From contig NC_043000.1 of assembly GCF_006345805.1 (NCBI RefSeq), positions 22,692,001-22,756,000 of the forward strand: DNA of 64,000 nt, in the 5' to 3' direction. Shown one piece after another: positions 11,900 through 23,092 of this stretch. The notes beneath the pieces were generated by a model, which was not told the DNA's origin, made no database searches, and was given only the letters and a program-made list of their open reading frames with translations. Position numbers and translations under genes: made by a program. The stretch is from Octopus sinensis (Eukaryota). Within the stretch, counting starts at the first letter, position 1; each line of letters begins with the position of its first letter.

Positions 11900-12270
11900 T
11901 TATTTTACTTGTTTCAGTCACTGAACTGGAGCCATGCTGGAGCACCACCTTGAGGGCCTTTTAGTCAAACAAACTGACCCTAGTACTTATGTCTTGTTTT
12001 TTATTTATTTATTTATTTAAAGTCAGGTACTTATTCAATTGGTTTCTGAACTGCAATGTTATGGGGATATAAACAAACCAACACCACAAAGATAAACTTG
12101 TATATGTGACTGGTTTTCAAACTGTTTCCATCTACCAGATTCACTCAAGGTATTGATCAGTACAAGGTTATAGTAGAAGACACATGCCCAAGGTGCCATG
12201 TAGTGGGATTGAACCCGAAACCATGTGGTTGTAAAGTGAGCTTCTTTACCATACAACCATGTCTGCACCT
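11900..12270 (-). mobile_element. SINE family A (old copy)
   Basis: Diverged match. Confidence 0.7.
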
Positions 12271-12959
12271 CAAAAGTTCCAAAAGGTTCTTAACTGGAAC
12301 CAGATGTAAAAGTTTGGATCTGATTCTAAAAATTCTAATATCTATTCAGACCATTTTGATTCTGACATAAAATTTCAAGAGATTAGAAAAAAAAAGAAAA
12401 TTTTTAATTTGTGAATTGTCAATGAATGTTGAGATTTTGTTTACTTGGTATTAGCACTGTTTGTTTTAGTGGTGTCCAACAATTTTTGATGAAATTGAAT
12501 TACTTATTACAGAATTTGATAAAAGTTCTTATAAATTGCAGATGTTGATATATGATAAATATTTGAATTATTTTTATAGTAGATGTTTGACTTTTGATTA
12601 ATTCTTCAGTGAAGAACCTTCTTGAACTCCTACATCTGTTTTCTATTTAAATTTAAATACTAACTATATTCTTAACCTTAATTCTAAACTTTCTGAAACT
12701 GAAAGTTATTCAATGTTGAATTTTTTTAAAAGATTTATGTCAGACAAGGAAATGCAGTGACCTTTTCCCAAGACTAGTGAGAGGAAGGAAGTTATCCTCA
12801 GATCAAAGACCCAACTTAAATGCTTGCATCTGAGAGGGTTCTGCTAATGACAGCCAGGTGTTAAACCAAGAGGCAGATAAAGCTCACTCACAAAACAGGC
12901 TTCCAATGGCATCATAACCATTTATTAAAAGGTTGTGTAATTTCTTCCAATTCTGGCTG

Positions 12960-13430
12960 AATTTGTTAGCACACCAGGAAAAATGTTTAACAGCATTTCG
13001 TTTGTCTTTATGTTCTGGGTTCAAATTCTTTTAAGATCGATTTTGCCTTCCATCCTTTTGGGGGTCGTTAAAATAAATACCAACTGAGAACTGAGGTTAA
13101 AAGGAAGGAATTTCAACCGTGTTTTGTGGTCTGCTACCGCAACAGCTCCCTTATAGGATCCAGTTAGCTCAAGACATCATCAGGAGGAACCACGTCCGGT
13201 TTCGGCCCCTACTCCTCTACAGTTTTGACGTGGCAGCCCCCCCCCTTTCGGAGGTGTCTTCAGCTCTGGTGTTGGGTGCATGTCTTCTTTCTTCTTCTTT
13301 CTTCTGTTCCCTAGCCTCTTCAATGTAGTGTCAACGATTGTTGATAAAATAAATACCAACTGAGAACTGGGGTTAATATAATCAACTAGGCTCCTCTCCT
13401 GAAACTTTTGGCCTTGTGCCAGAATCCAAG
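12960..13430 (+). mobile_element. SINE family B interrupted by a 245-bp insert (13101-13345)
   Basis: Family B core duplicated as 31-bp direct repeats (13070-13100 / 13346-13376) around the insert. Confidence 0.7.
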
Positions 13431-14186
13431 ACCAATATTTCTTCCAATGATTCTTAGATTCCATGTTTGTATATTATATAACATATCTTTGTTCCCACAT
13501 ATCCATATTCTTGACAAGGCAAACTTAATAAATAAGTTCACAGAATAGAATGATATATTTTGCCATAAGAAAGTTGAGAATCTAATATTTTGGATAAAAT
13601 TCTTAATTGAAGAGAAATCACATGTTTTGTAGTAACAGTCATCATCATTGTCATCATTTAACCTCTTTGTTCCATACTGGCATAGTTTATAAATTCGGAG
13701 TTAAGAAGGATATCAAATTTTTCATTTTGTTCACCCTAGATTTTGCTCCATGTTTGCTGCCTTTCTACAAACGTTGCTCTGTTTTCACATTTCTTACTTC
13801 AGTCATCATCAATCTGCTCTTTATACCCACTAACTTTGACAAAACTTATATTTTTGGAGGATATATTTGGATCACCTGAAGATTGTTGTTATTTAGTCAC
13901 AGACAGCTCTGATTAAATAGACCAATGATAAAAAATATTCAAGCCATGAACATCTTGTCTTTGGTGGTGGGGTTGGCATTGTGTATCCAGGACTACATTC
14001 AATATGTTCTTATTTTTTAAGTTGTAGAGTAAAATCTGGCTGCAGTTTCTAATAGGTCAAGTAACCATACAGCTGAAGCTAGTGGTTGGTAGTGTCATAT
14101 TTACCCGTTTTTTTTTTTTGCTACATCCAACCACAAAGTAACCATTCCCCAAAAGCTGTTGATGTACAAGAATCGTTCAATTATGT

Positions 14187-14632
14187 AAGGCGGCAAGCTG
14201 GCAGAAACGTTAGCTCGCTGGGTGAAATGCTTAGCGATATTTCATCTGCCGCTATGTTCTGAGTTCAAATTCTGCCGAGGTCGACTTTGCCTTTCATCCT
14301 TTCAGGCTCGATTAAATAAGTACCAGTTACGCACTGGAGTCAATATAATCGACTTAATCCGTTTGTCTGTCCTTGTTTGTCATCTCTGTGTGTAGTCCCT
14401 TGTGGGCAGTAAAGAAATAAGAAACGTTAGCATGCCAGGCAAAATGCTTAGCGGTATTTCGTCTGCTGCTACAATCTGAGTTCAAATTCCGCTGAGGTCG
14501 ACTTTGCTTTTTATCCTTTTGGGGTCAATTAAATAAGTACCAGTTACGCACTGGGGGTTGATATAATCGACTTAATCTGCTTGTCCTTGTTTGTCATCTC
14601 TGTGTGTAGACCCTTGTGGGCAATAAAGAAAT
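14187..14632 (+). mobile_element. Head-to-tail dimer of SINE family B
   Basis: Two B bodies in tandem inside one 19-bp TSD (AAGAATCGTTCAATTATGT / AAGAATTGTTTAATTATGT). Confidence 0.85.
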
Positions 14633-14694
14633 AAGAATTGTTTAATTATGTTCCAATCAACCTACATTATCTAGTTGTTATTTAACCCTAGGAA

Positions 14695-14900
14695 AGTGGT
14701 GAGCTGGCAGAATTGTTAGCATGTCAAACAAAATGCTTTGTGACATTTCTTCTGGCTTTACATTCTGAGTTCAAATTCCACCAAGGTCGTCTTTGCATTT
14801 TTTCCTTTCAGAATCAATAAAATAAATAACGGGGTTGATGTAAACAATTTTTCCCTTCCCTCAAAACTGCTGGCCTTGTGCCAAAATTAGAAAGAGTTTT
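14695..14900 (+). mobile_element. SINE family B (old copy, alternative 3' tail)
   Basis: B head and core; tail CTGCTGGCCTTGTGCCAAAATT. Confidence 0.7.
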
Positions 14901-15387
14901 TAACCCTGGTTAGTTCTACTCAAACGGGCCAATGAAAAAATTTCATTCAAGCCACAAACACTTTTTTCTAGGCATTGGACTACATTATTCAATATGGTCT
15001 TTTGGTTTTTTTTAAGACAGTAAAGAAGTCATTCTCACTTAGGGTCCATATGTCCCTTGAAGGTCCATACAAAATTTTGTTATTTAAATTCTTGACAGGG
15101 TAAACTTAATAAATAAATTCACTGAATGGAATAATATATTTTGCCATGAGAAAGAAAAGAATCTAATATTTTGGATAGAATTCTTCATTGAAGAGAAATG
15201 AATGATTATCCTTTTACAATACACAAAACATTTTGACAATTTTTAAAAAAATACAATTCTTAATAATAGTTAATTATAAAAATATAAGAGGATTTTTAAA
15301 GCATTGAATGGTTATGAGGTCCAGCTGACTAAAATAGGAGTCAAAGGGGTATACAGGTAAAAAAAACAATGATGGAAAAACATTGCA

Positions 15388-15720
15388 TCATCATCATCAT
15401 CACCATCATCATCATTGTTTAACATCCGCCTTGCATGTGAGCCATGGGTGGGACGGTACTGCAAGAGCCTTCCAGGCTGATGCCTGTACCAGACTTCTGT
15501 GACTGTTTCGGCAGGATTTTTGCTGTTGGATGCCCTTCCTAACACCAACCACTCAGCTGAATGGACTTAGTGCTTTTTACATGGCTCAAGCACAGGCGAG
15601 GTGAGTAGTGCTTTTTATGTGGCACAAGCACAGGCGAGGTCAGTTTTGCCAAGGTTTTTACAGCTGGATGCCCTTCCAAACACCAACTACTTTACAGTGT
15701 GGACTGGGTGCTTTTAAGTG
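15388..15720 (-). mobile_element. SINE family C fragments
   Basis: (CAT)n terminus and two GGATGCCCTTCC blocks. Confidence 0.65.
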
Positions 15721-16379
15721 GTGTGAAATTTGGCTGGTGTTTCTAGGATGCTTGAAAAGCCATATAAAAAAGGGGCAAATGATGGGGTAGCAAAATATTA
15801 TCCACATTGCCATCTGTCCTGTTTATACAAGATCACACGGTAGCAATTCCCTGAGACCTATTACCATCCTGGCATTGTTCAAATATCATTCAAACCAATC
15901 TACATTATTCATTATCTCTGGCTACACGTTTTTAAACTTAACACTTATTTGCTTATGGTGCAGTTAAGTGTAAATCGAACCCACAATCACACCTTGGTTA
16001 TCATATTAAACTTAACACCAAATAGCAACAGAGAGATTTTATCAAGACTGACAGAAAAGAAAAAAAAAATGGTGATTATGCTCTATTGGTTCTGAGTGGT
16101 TCTAACCGATAAACACTAAATACTTTTGCACACAACTTCAATTCTCTTGTCGGCTTTGCAGACTGTAATATCAAATTTATCTCTATTTTTATTACCTCCA
16201 TATTGTGTTATTGTTCTTATTAGATATTTTATTGAAATGTCTTGTCTGGAACAATATTTTTAACTACGGAACTTTTGGAGCAAAAGAAGAAAAAAAATAA
16301 AAGAACTTTTGTGTAATATTTTACAAACACATACATACATGTACAGACACACACATACACACATTTATAGTTATATATT

Positions 16380-16760
16380 TTAAATTACACATATATACCC
16401 CAACACAGACCACACACACATATTCATATATTTACAAAATACACATATATACCCCAACACAAACCATACACACACACACTCACACATTTATATTTATATA
16501 TTTACAAAGTACACATATATACCCCAACACAGACCACATACACATACACATATTTTTTTATTCATAAAGTACACATATACACCCCAACACAAACTATACA
16601 CACACACACTCACATTTATACACATATATACCCCAACACAAAAAACACACATATATACCCCAACACAAACCATACATACACACACACACTCACACATTTA
16701 CATTTATATATTTACAAAGTACACATATATACCCCAACACAGACCACATACACACACACT
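16380..16760 (+). repeat. Minisatellite, ~7 units with core ACACATATATACCCCAACAC
   Basis: Core recurs at ~16398, 16452, 16522, 16582, 16630, 16657, 16732 with variable CA/TA spacers. Confidence 0.85.
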
Positions 16761-17033
16761 GACACAATCATGCACACACACACAAACACACTACCATATA
16801 TATATATATTCATTCCCTCTCTCTGTTTCTTGGAGAGGCACAAGCACCTACACACACATATACACATGCGGCAGTAATTTCCGCCTACCAAATTCAATCA
16901 CAAAGCTTCAGTTGGCCCAGGGCTATAGCAGAAGACACTTGCCCAAAGTGCTATGTGGTGGGACTGAACCCGAAACCATGTAGCTGGGAAGCAAAGCTTC
17001 CTAACCACACAGCCATCCCTGCACCTACAATTT

Positions 17034-17072
<39 letters not shown>

Positions 17073-17076
<4 letters not shown>

Positions 17077-17310
17077 GGAGTAAACACATAAATGTGAAAC
17101 AAGGTGGAAAAAAGAGTACTCAAATACCAGTGGTAGAGTAATATGCTTTATTTTAAGCAGCAGAAAATTCAACAAAATCTGTTACTCTGAGTTTCTCGTT
17201 GCCGTTCATCAGACAGTTTTTGCTAGAATCTAGCAAAAACTGTCTGATGAACGGCAACGAGAAACTCAGAGTAACAGATTTTGTTGAATTTTCTGCTGCT
17301 TAAAATAAAG
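17073..17310 (-). mobile_element. Penelope-like pseudo-LTR (family G) with inverted duplication, inserted in (TA)n
   Basis: Perfect 81-bp inverted arms 17146-17226 / 17230-17310, with hammerhead core and AATAAA. Confidence 0.75.
17236..17282 (+). ncRNA. Minimal type-I hammerhead ribozyme motif (mirror copy on - strand at ~17174-17220)
   Basis: CTGT-CTGATGA-ACGGCAACGA-GAAAC-TCAGA-GTA-ACAG: helix I CTGT/ACAG, core CUGAUGA and GAAA, helix III ACTC/GAGT, cleavage triplet GUA. Helix II is weak. Confidence 0.65.
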
Positions 17311-17652
17311 TATATATATATATATATAAAATATACATGGATGTGTATGATTGCATATGGAAAAATATATTACTCAAATGAATTTCAACTTTGTCTGATT
17401 TTCACATTTTAATATAATATAATATAATATAATATAATATAATGAAATGATAGAATATTAAATGTCCATTCTGATTGAACTAGTACTTTTATGCATTAAA
17501 CTATGTAGTCTTCAGGTTCCTATAGTAGTGGTGACAGTTATGTTTCACAAGAGGTAGAGGAAAACTATAGCACTGGATTTAGAAATTATTTTCAAAGGGC
17601 TTGGAAGAGATACCTTGACAATTGTTTCATAATCTGGATAGAATCTCTAAAC

Positions 17653-17872
17653 CAGTGCTTTTCAAACTTTTTGCGGGAGCGGAACCCCAAGGAAACATTC
17701 CACTGGCTCGAGGAACCCCCGTGCAATAATTTAATAGTCTTATGCACACATATCTGCATGGGAGAATTAAAAATTACTGCCAATTTTAGCAGTTTTGTAA
17801 CTGCTTGCGGAACCCCTGCACTGTACTGGCGGAACCCTAAGGTTCCGCAGAACCCTGGTTGAAAAACCACTG
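17653..17872. mobile_element. hAT (Charlie-like) MITE, 220 bp
   Basis: TIRs CAGTGCTTTTCAAAC / GTTGAAAAACCACTG; perfect 8-bp TSD CTCTAAAC. Confidence 0.92.
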
Positions 17873-18306
17873 CTCTAAACACCCTGGCAGATGTCGTTTA
17901 CAACATTTCTAAAAGTAGCCCAACAATTACTGCTTTGGCTAGGGTCAAAATACAGGTCTTATGACATGTTCAACAAACTGTGATGCCTAAACCAAACACC
18001 AATCAACTTAAGTAATTTAGTAAAATTACACACTGGTTGGTCAGAATACAGTTTGCAAAAATTAACATTCTGGAGCCTATACAAATGTATTTAAGGCACA
18101 AAGTTTAGACGTCTCACTACAGTTGTAAATTGTAAAACACAACTGTCACCACTACTGCATGACCCTGAAGATTCCATAGTTTAATGCATGAAAGTACTAT
18201 TTCAATCAGAATGAACATTTTTAATATTCTATTATTTCATTATATTATATTATTACAAGATTGTAAATAAAATGTGAAAATGAAACATAGTTGGAATTTC
18301 TTTGAG

Positions 18307-18321
<15 letters not shown>

Positions 18322-18342
<21 letters not shown>

Positions 18343-18495
18343 GATGGGTTTCTTTCAGATTCCATGTACCAAATCCACTCACAAGGCCAAAGGCAATAGT
18401 AGAAGACACTTGCCCAAATTGCCTTACAGTGGGACTGAACCCGGAACCATGTGGTTGGGAAGCAAACATCTTACCACACAGCCACGCCTGTACCT
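18322..18495 (-). mobile_element. SINE family A, 5' half
   Basis: Match from the internal (TA)n to the head. Confidence 0.75.
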
Positions 18496-18883
18496 GTATA
18501 TATGCGTGTTCTTTCATGCTTTTAATGGCTTCAACCAGATCTGTGGCCATGCTGGGGCACTGCCTTTACAATAAAAAGGTGTTAGTTCAATTATATTGAA
18601 CAGGCTGCCAGCCTATGATTGTTCACAGACTTGTTCCCACTACTGCCCAACATGGGGTCTTTTGTCTACTGTGTTTCTGCCCTGGGTTGAATCGACCCTC
18701 CTTAGACAACCTGGTCCTGATGAACTCCTTTGCCAGCACCATATTGATGCGTGAACACCTTATGACCATAGATGACTGATTACCAGGACTCCCATCCTCA
18801 AACTGACCAACCAACGAAGCCTCCGAGTTGCTGGATTACAGGAGCACACTATATATATTTATACATATGTATATGTATGTGTA

Positions 18884-18917
<34 letters not shown>

Positions 18918-18922
<5 letters not shown>

Positions 18923-19110
18923 TGGAGAAGGGTGGTTTATTGGGTTACCTTAGATTTCCTATCCATAAAGGGTTTAGCTTTATGGTGCATCATCAGATCC
19001 CAAAACCTGTTGGCCTACAGGTTTTGGGGTCTGACAACACCCCATAAAGTTAAACACTTTATGGATGGGAAATCTAAGGTAACCCCATAAACAGGCCATC
19101 TCCATTTTCT
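18918..19110. repeat. Diverged fold-back, ~93-bp arms with 6-nt spacer, between (TA)n tracts
   Basis: GGTTACCTTAGATTTCC..CCCAAAACCTGT / ACAGGTTTTGGGG..GGAAATCTAAGGTAACC. Confidence 0.85.
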
Positions 19111-19153
19111 TAGAGTGTGTTTCTTCTCCAGATTTATGTTTTCTACAAATGTT

Positions 19154-19207
<54 letters not shown>

Positions 19208-19299
19208 CAGACACACACAGGTGCATATATATGCACCTATATACCCACTGCAGTATTCAAGTCACTAAAATTATCCCCAAACTATAGAACTTAATATTT

Positions 19300-20147
19300 C
19301 GTTTTTGGATTTGGTTTGCAAGATTCTTTATATGAGTTCGTGTGTTGAAGCATATTCTGTTGTGTCTAGGGAGAGTCATTTTCTTTTTGTGCCTTATGAT
19401 TTAACACAGTTTACACTGGTAGAGTAGAATAGTTTGTGGGCTGTTATGTAGATTGATGTATGTATGTGTGGGTGTGAGTGTGTGTGTATGCACATGCATG
19501 TAAGCATATGGATATGAAAATAAACATCAACATACAGACGGATAGGTACATAGGTTATATGAACAGACAAGCACACATACGCAAATGGAGACTGAAACAC
19601 ATAATCATATATACACACATACTTTACGTCACGCAAGGACACATATGGAGACACATGTCCACACATATGAAGATGCACATCCATGCATACAAACATGGTA
19701 CATAGTTGCATAACACACACACACACACACATGCACACAAAAGGAGACGGGTGCATACATATACAAACACACGCTCACACACACACATACATAAAAAATA
19801 CACAAACACGGACATGCAAGCGCATGAATATGCAGAATACATGCATACAGATGCACACACATACATACATATATACATATGCATAGACACACATATATAC
19901 ATACACACACATGCAAACATACATACATACATGTATGTATGCATAGGTACACACACTTACCCACACACATGCACACAAACAAACAAAAAGGAATGCAGTG
20001 TAAATAACGGGCAGAGTCAAGACTATTGAAAAAGTTGCAAGATGCAACGAAAATTTTCGGAAAATAGAAATAAGTGGAAATTTTACCAGTGAATGTGTTA
20101 AATTATAAGGCACAAAAAGAAAATGACTCTCCCCAGACACAACAGAA
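19300..20147. mobile_element. Family E fold-back insert enclosing ~600 bp of CA/TG-rich DNA
   Basis: 17-bp TSD TATAGAACTTAATATTT (19283-19299 / 20148-20164); inverted family E ends. Confidence 0.72.
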
Positions 20148-20349
20148 TATAGAACTTAATATTTATATTGAAGAGAAATTACTCTATGTATACTGACAAA
20201 ATCTAAGCAACCATAGTTTCTCTCTCTAAAGAGAAGCACAAGAAAAATTAAGTTTCCTGAGAAGCCATTGCATCACATTATCATGCATTTTTCATCCCTT
20301 GGCCAACCAACGCTGTTGCCACTCGAAATTAGAAAACCATTCTAAAAGA

Positions 20350-20470
20350 CTTACAAAGGTTGTCAACTTCTTTGTGTTCCTACGTCAGAAATTATTGTGT
20401 TTGTCTGTATATAAGAGGGAAGAGAGATGAGACAGTGTAAGATGCGGTGTGTGTCTGCGCATGCGATTTT
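20350..20470 (-). promoter_or_regulatory. Putative promoter and non-coding first exon of an unidentified minus-strand gene
   Basis: NRF1-type palindrome TGCGCATGCG (20456-20465), CRE-like TGACGTA (~20381-20387), and a perfect minus-strand donor GTAAGT at 20354-20349 in non-repetitive sequence. Confidence 0.4.
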
Positions 20471-21104
20471 GTGCATGTAAACAGGTAAAATTGGAAGACA
20501 AATGTTTCATAGCTAGTGATGGGACACGATTCATGCATTTTAAACTAAACTGGCTTCGGGAGTTACCAAATCTTGTGTTTTTGTTTAATTGTAATTATTT
20601 ATATATATATACATTTGATATTAATTTCCATTAAAAAAAAATCAATGAAATGAATAAATATATCCTTTATAATATAAAGATACTCTCATATATTATATAA
20701 ATATATACATGTGTACACTATAAACTACTCATACACACATATTCATACACAATTTCAGAGACTGTCTCTATACAGACTAAGACGCTTGTTCCATTGTAAG
20801 ATATTAATGTCAGTGACCCAACAATGTTTTATGGAAAAAAGAAAATACATCAAACTGATTTAGAAGCAAAAGAAATGAAAGAAAACAGCCAAAATATTTA
20901 CTGTAAACAGAAAATATTACAAATCAATAAAAATATTGCAGAAAAATATTTTATGATTTTGTTTTGCTTTTGATTTATTTATACTTGTTTCAAGCCAGAA
21001 TGAATGGCCATGCTCGGGCACAACCATTAGTGTGATTGTTAGTTTATTTTATTTAACTTCCATGGTCGTCTCACCATGTTTGGCTTCTGAGAACATTGTT
21101 CTTA

Positions 21105-21376
21105 TTGTTCTATATTTAAGACATGAGGTATTATTTACATTTGATGGATATTTGTTCTCAACTTGTATGTTGTTAACACAACGTTTCAGCTGATATACCC
21201 TCCAGCCTTCATCAGGTGTCTTGGGGAAATTTCGAACCTGCGTTCTCATTCTGAAGGTATTTTTTGATGTTATAATAATTATTATTGTTAGTGCTTGGAA
21301 TCGAACTTGGAATCTTGGGGTTAGTAGCCATAAGCCCATGGGCAATTATGGAATGAATTTTAGGGCTTACAAATCT
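21105..21376 (-). mobile_element. Family F element: partial tRNA-like region + (AAT)n + hammerhead-bearing pLTR-like tail
   Basis: B-box AAGTTCGATTCC at ~21296-21307; homologous to 46730-46888 and 63340-63860. Confidence 0.7.
21175..21220 (-). ncRNA. Minimal type-I hammerhead ribozyme motif with intact core
   Basis: Minus strand GACAC-CTGATGA-A-GGCTG-GAGGGTATAT-CAGCT-GAAAC-GT-T-GTGTT: helix I ACAC/GTGT, helix II GGCTG/CAGCT, loop-less palindromic helix III ACGT, triplet GUU. Confidence 0.72.
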
Positions 21377-21425
21377 AATATTTTTCGCTATCTAGGATAG
21401 AGCATAGAGTACAGAGCATAGAAAG

Positions 21426-22075
21426 TGTTTACAATAGGATGCAAGATGAATGTTCAGACACAAGATGGATTTAAATACCAGTTCGTAGTTAGATACACAA
21501 TAGTTGAAGTTCTGTAACAAAGAAGTTGAGGTGAAAATGGCAGAACCGGTTACTACACATGTTGTGTAGAGGTTGTGGCTCCTATGCTGTGCCAGGTTAC
21601 TTGGTACAGGAAATTCTCGCAGGTAGGTCTGGCTGTTAACCTTGGTGAAGTATTCACAAACAGCGTAGAGTTAAACCTTGGCGAAGTTACTGTGTAAGTA
21701 GATTTGTTGTTGACGTCAATAAGATGAAGGCGAAGGAGGCAGAGGTCCAGAATTGATGTTGTCTGTCGCTGGAACTGGCTGTGTTGCTGGAACTAAGATG
21801 AGTGCTTTGTGTTCAGTGGTCTAGAACCAAAGACAAGATATGGAGAATTGCTGAAGCTTTTATAGCAAATTATAGGCTCAAACAGAGCATTTAGAAGACT
21901 GTGTCATGGGACCTTATCAGAAGGTTGCAATTGGTTGGGTTGCATATTGGCGTGTAATACAGCAAGAGACAAACTGCGCCAATACCAACCAATCAGAGTA
22001 GTGGACACAAAAGGGTTTCAAGCATCCGAAGGTTAGCTGTTATCTGCTACATCCATATTTATGTTATATATGTCA
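21426..22075 (-). mobile_element. Solo LTR (650 bp)
   Basis: TG...CA ends, 5-bp flanks GAAAG / GAGAG (1 mismatch), minus-strand TATAAAAG (~21865) and CCAAT-type boxes, higher GC than flanks. Confidence 0.6.
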
Positions 22076-22554
22076 GAGAGAGAGAAAGAATTTCACTAAG
22101 CATCCACTACAGATCTATCCCTCCTTCCTCTTTATAACTATCCATTCAGCTGCTGTAATTATATAATAGCAAAACTGCACATATTCCATCTCCACTTTTG
22201 TGCTACAAGTTATCCTCACCTTGGAACCACTTCCTTTGCCAGTCATTATGCACTCTCAACATTGTCCCTTAAGAAAAATCGTTCTTTTTTTTAATTATCT
22301 AAATGAAAACTCTCCTTGAAGTATGAGAGAAATATTAAACTTTCACCCAATTGTCAACAGTTTGCAATGAGTGGACAACAACAAAGCCATAGCCGTGGTG
22401 TGCCACTTTTAATAACACAGAAACATTAGAGCCAAATGGACAAGTTTTATATCCCATATGGTAATTCTCTTGACCAAAATATAAACAACCATACAGCTGA
22501 TCTGAAAGAAGTTAAAATATGGTACCCATATAATGTACTTCTTCTTCTTCTTCG

Positions 22555-22800
22555 TCATCATCATCATCATCATTTAACGCCCGTTGTCCATGCTGGCATG
22601 GGTTGGATGGTTTGATCAGGGCTGGTAAGCTGGAAGGTTGCACCAGACTGTAGTCAGATTTGGTTTTTTTTTTTATGGCTGGATGCCCTTGCTAATGCCA
22701 ACCACTCTGAGAGTGTAATGGGAGCTTTTATGTGCCATTAGCATGGGTGCCATCTGTGTGACACCAATATCTGCCACCACTGCGATTTTGCTCAGCTTGA
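22555..22800 (-). mobile_element. SINE family C
   Basis: (CAT)n terminus and family C body. Confidence 0.75.
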
Positions 22801-23092
22801 TGGGTATAATGTGTATAATCTTTTTTCTTATTCCAGTGTTTAATTGGAAATAAAGTAACTGAGTGTAATTGAACACATATAAGTGTGGTGCAAACCTAAA
22901 TGTTGTCTGTGTTGTTGCAGGAATATGGCCACAGAAGAGCGTAACTTTACATATCACAATGGATCCTTTAATGCAAATATCACATGCTCTGCTAAAAATG
23001 GCTGTTAAATGTCACTCCACAGCTTTAAGAACAAATTGTTGGTGTTCACAACTGGAAACCCTTTGATAAGTGTTCATCATGCTCAACAATTA

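Noticed and set aside
13507-15200. Segmental duplication suggested by similar blocks 13507-13618 / 15088-15200 and ~13900 / ~14925
   Set aside because: The block order is not collinear; better explained as dispersed old repeat fragments.
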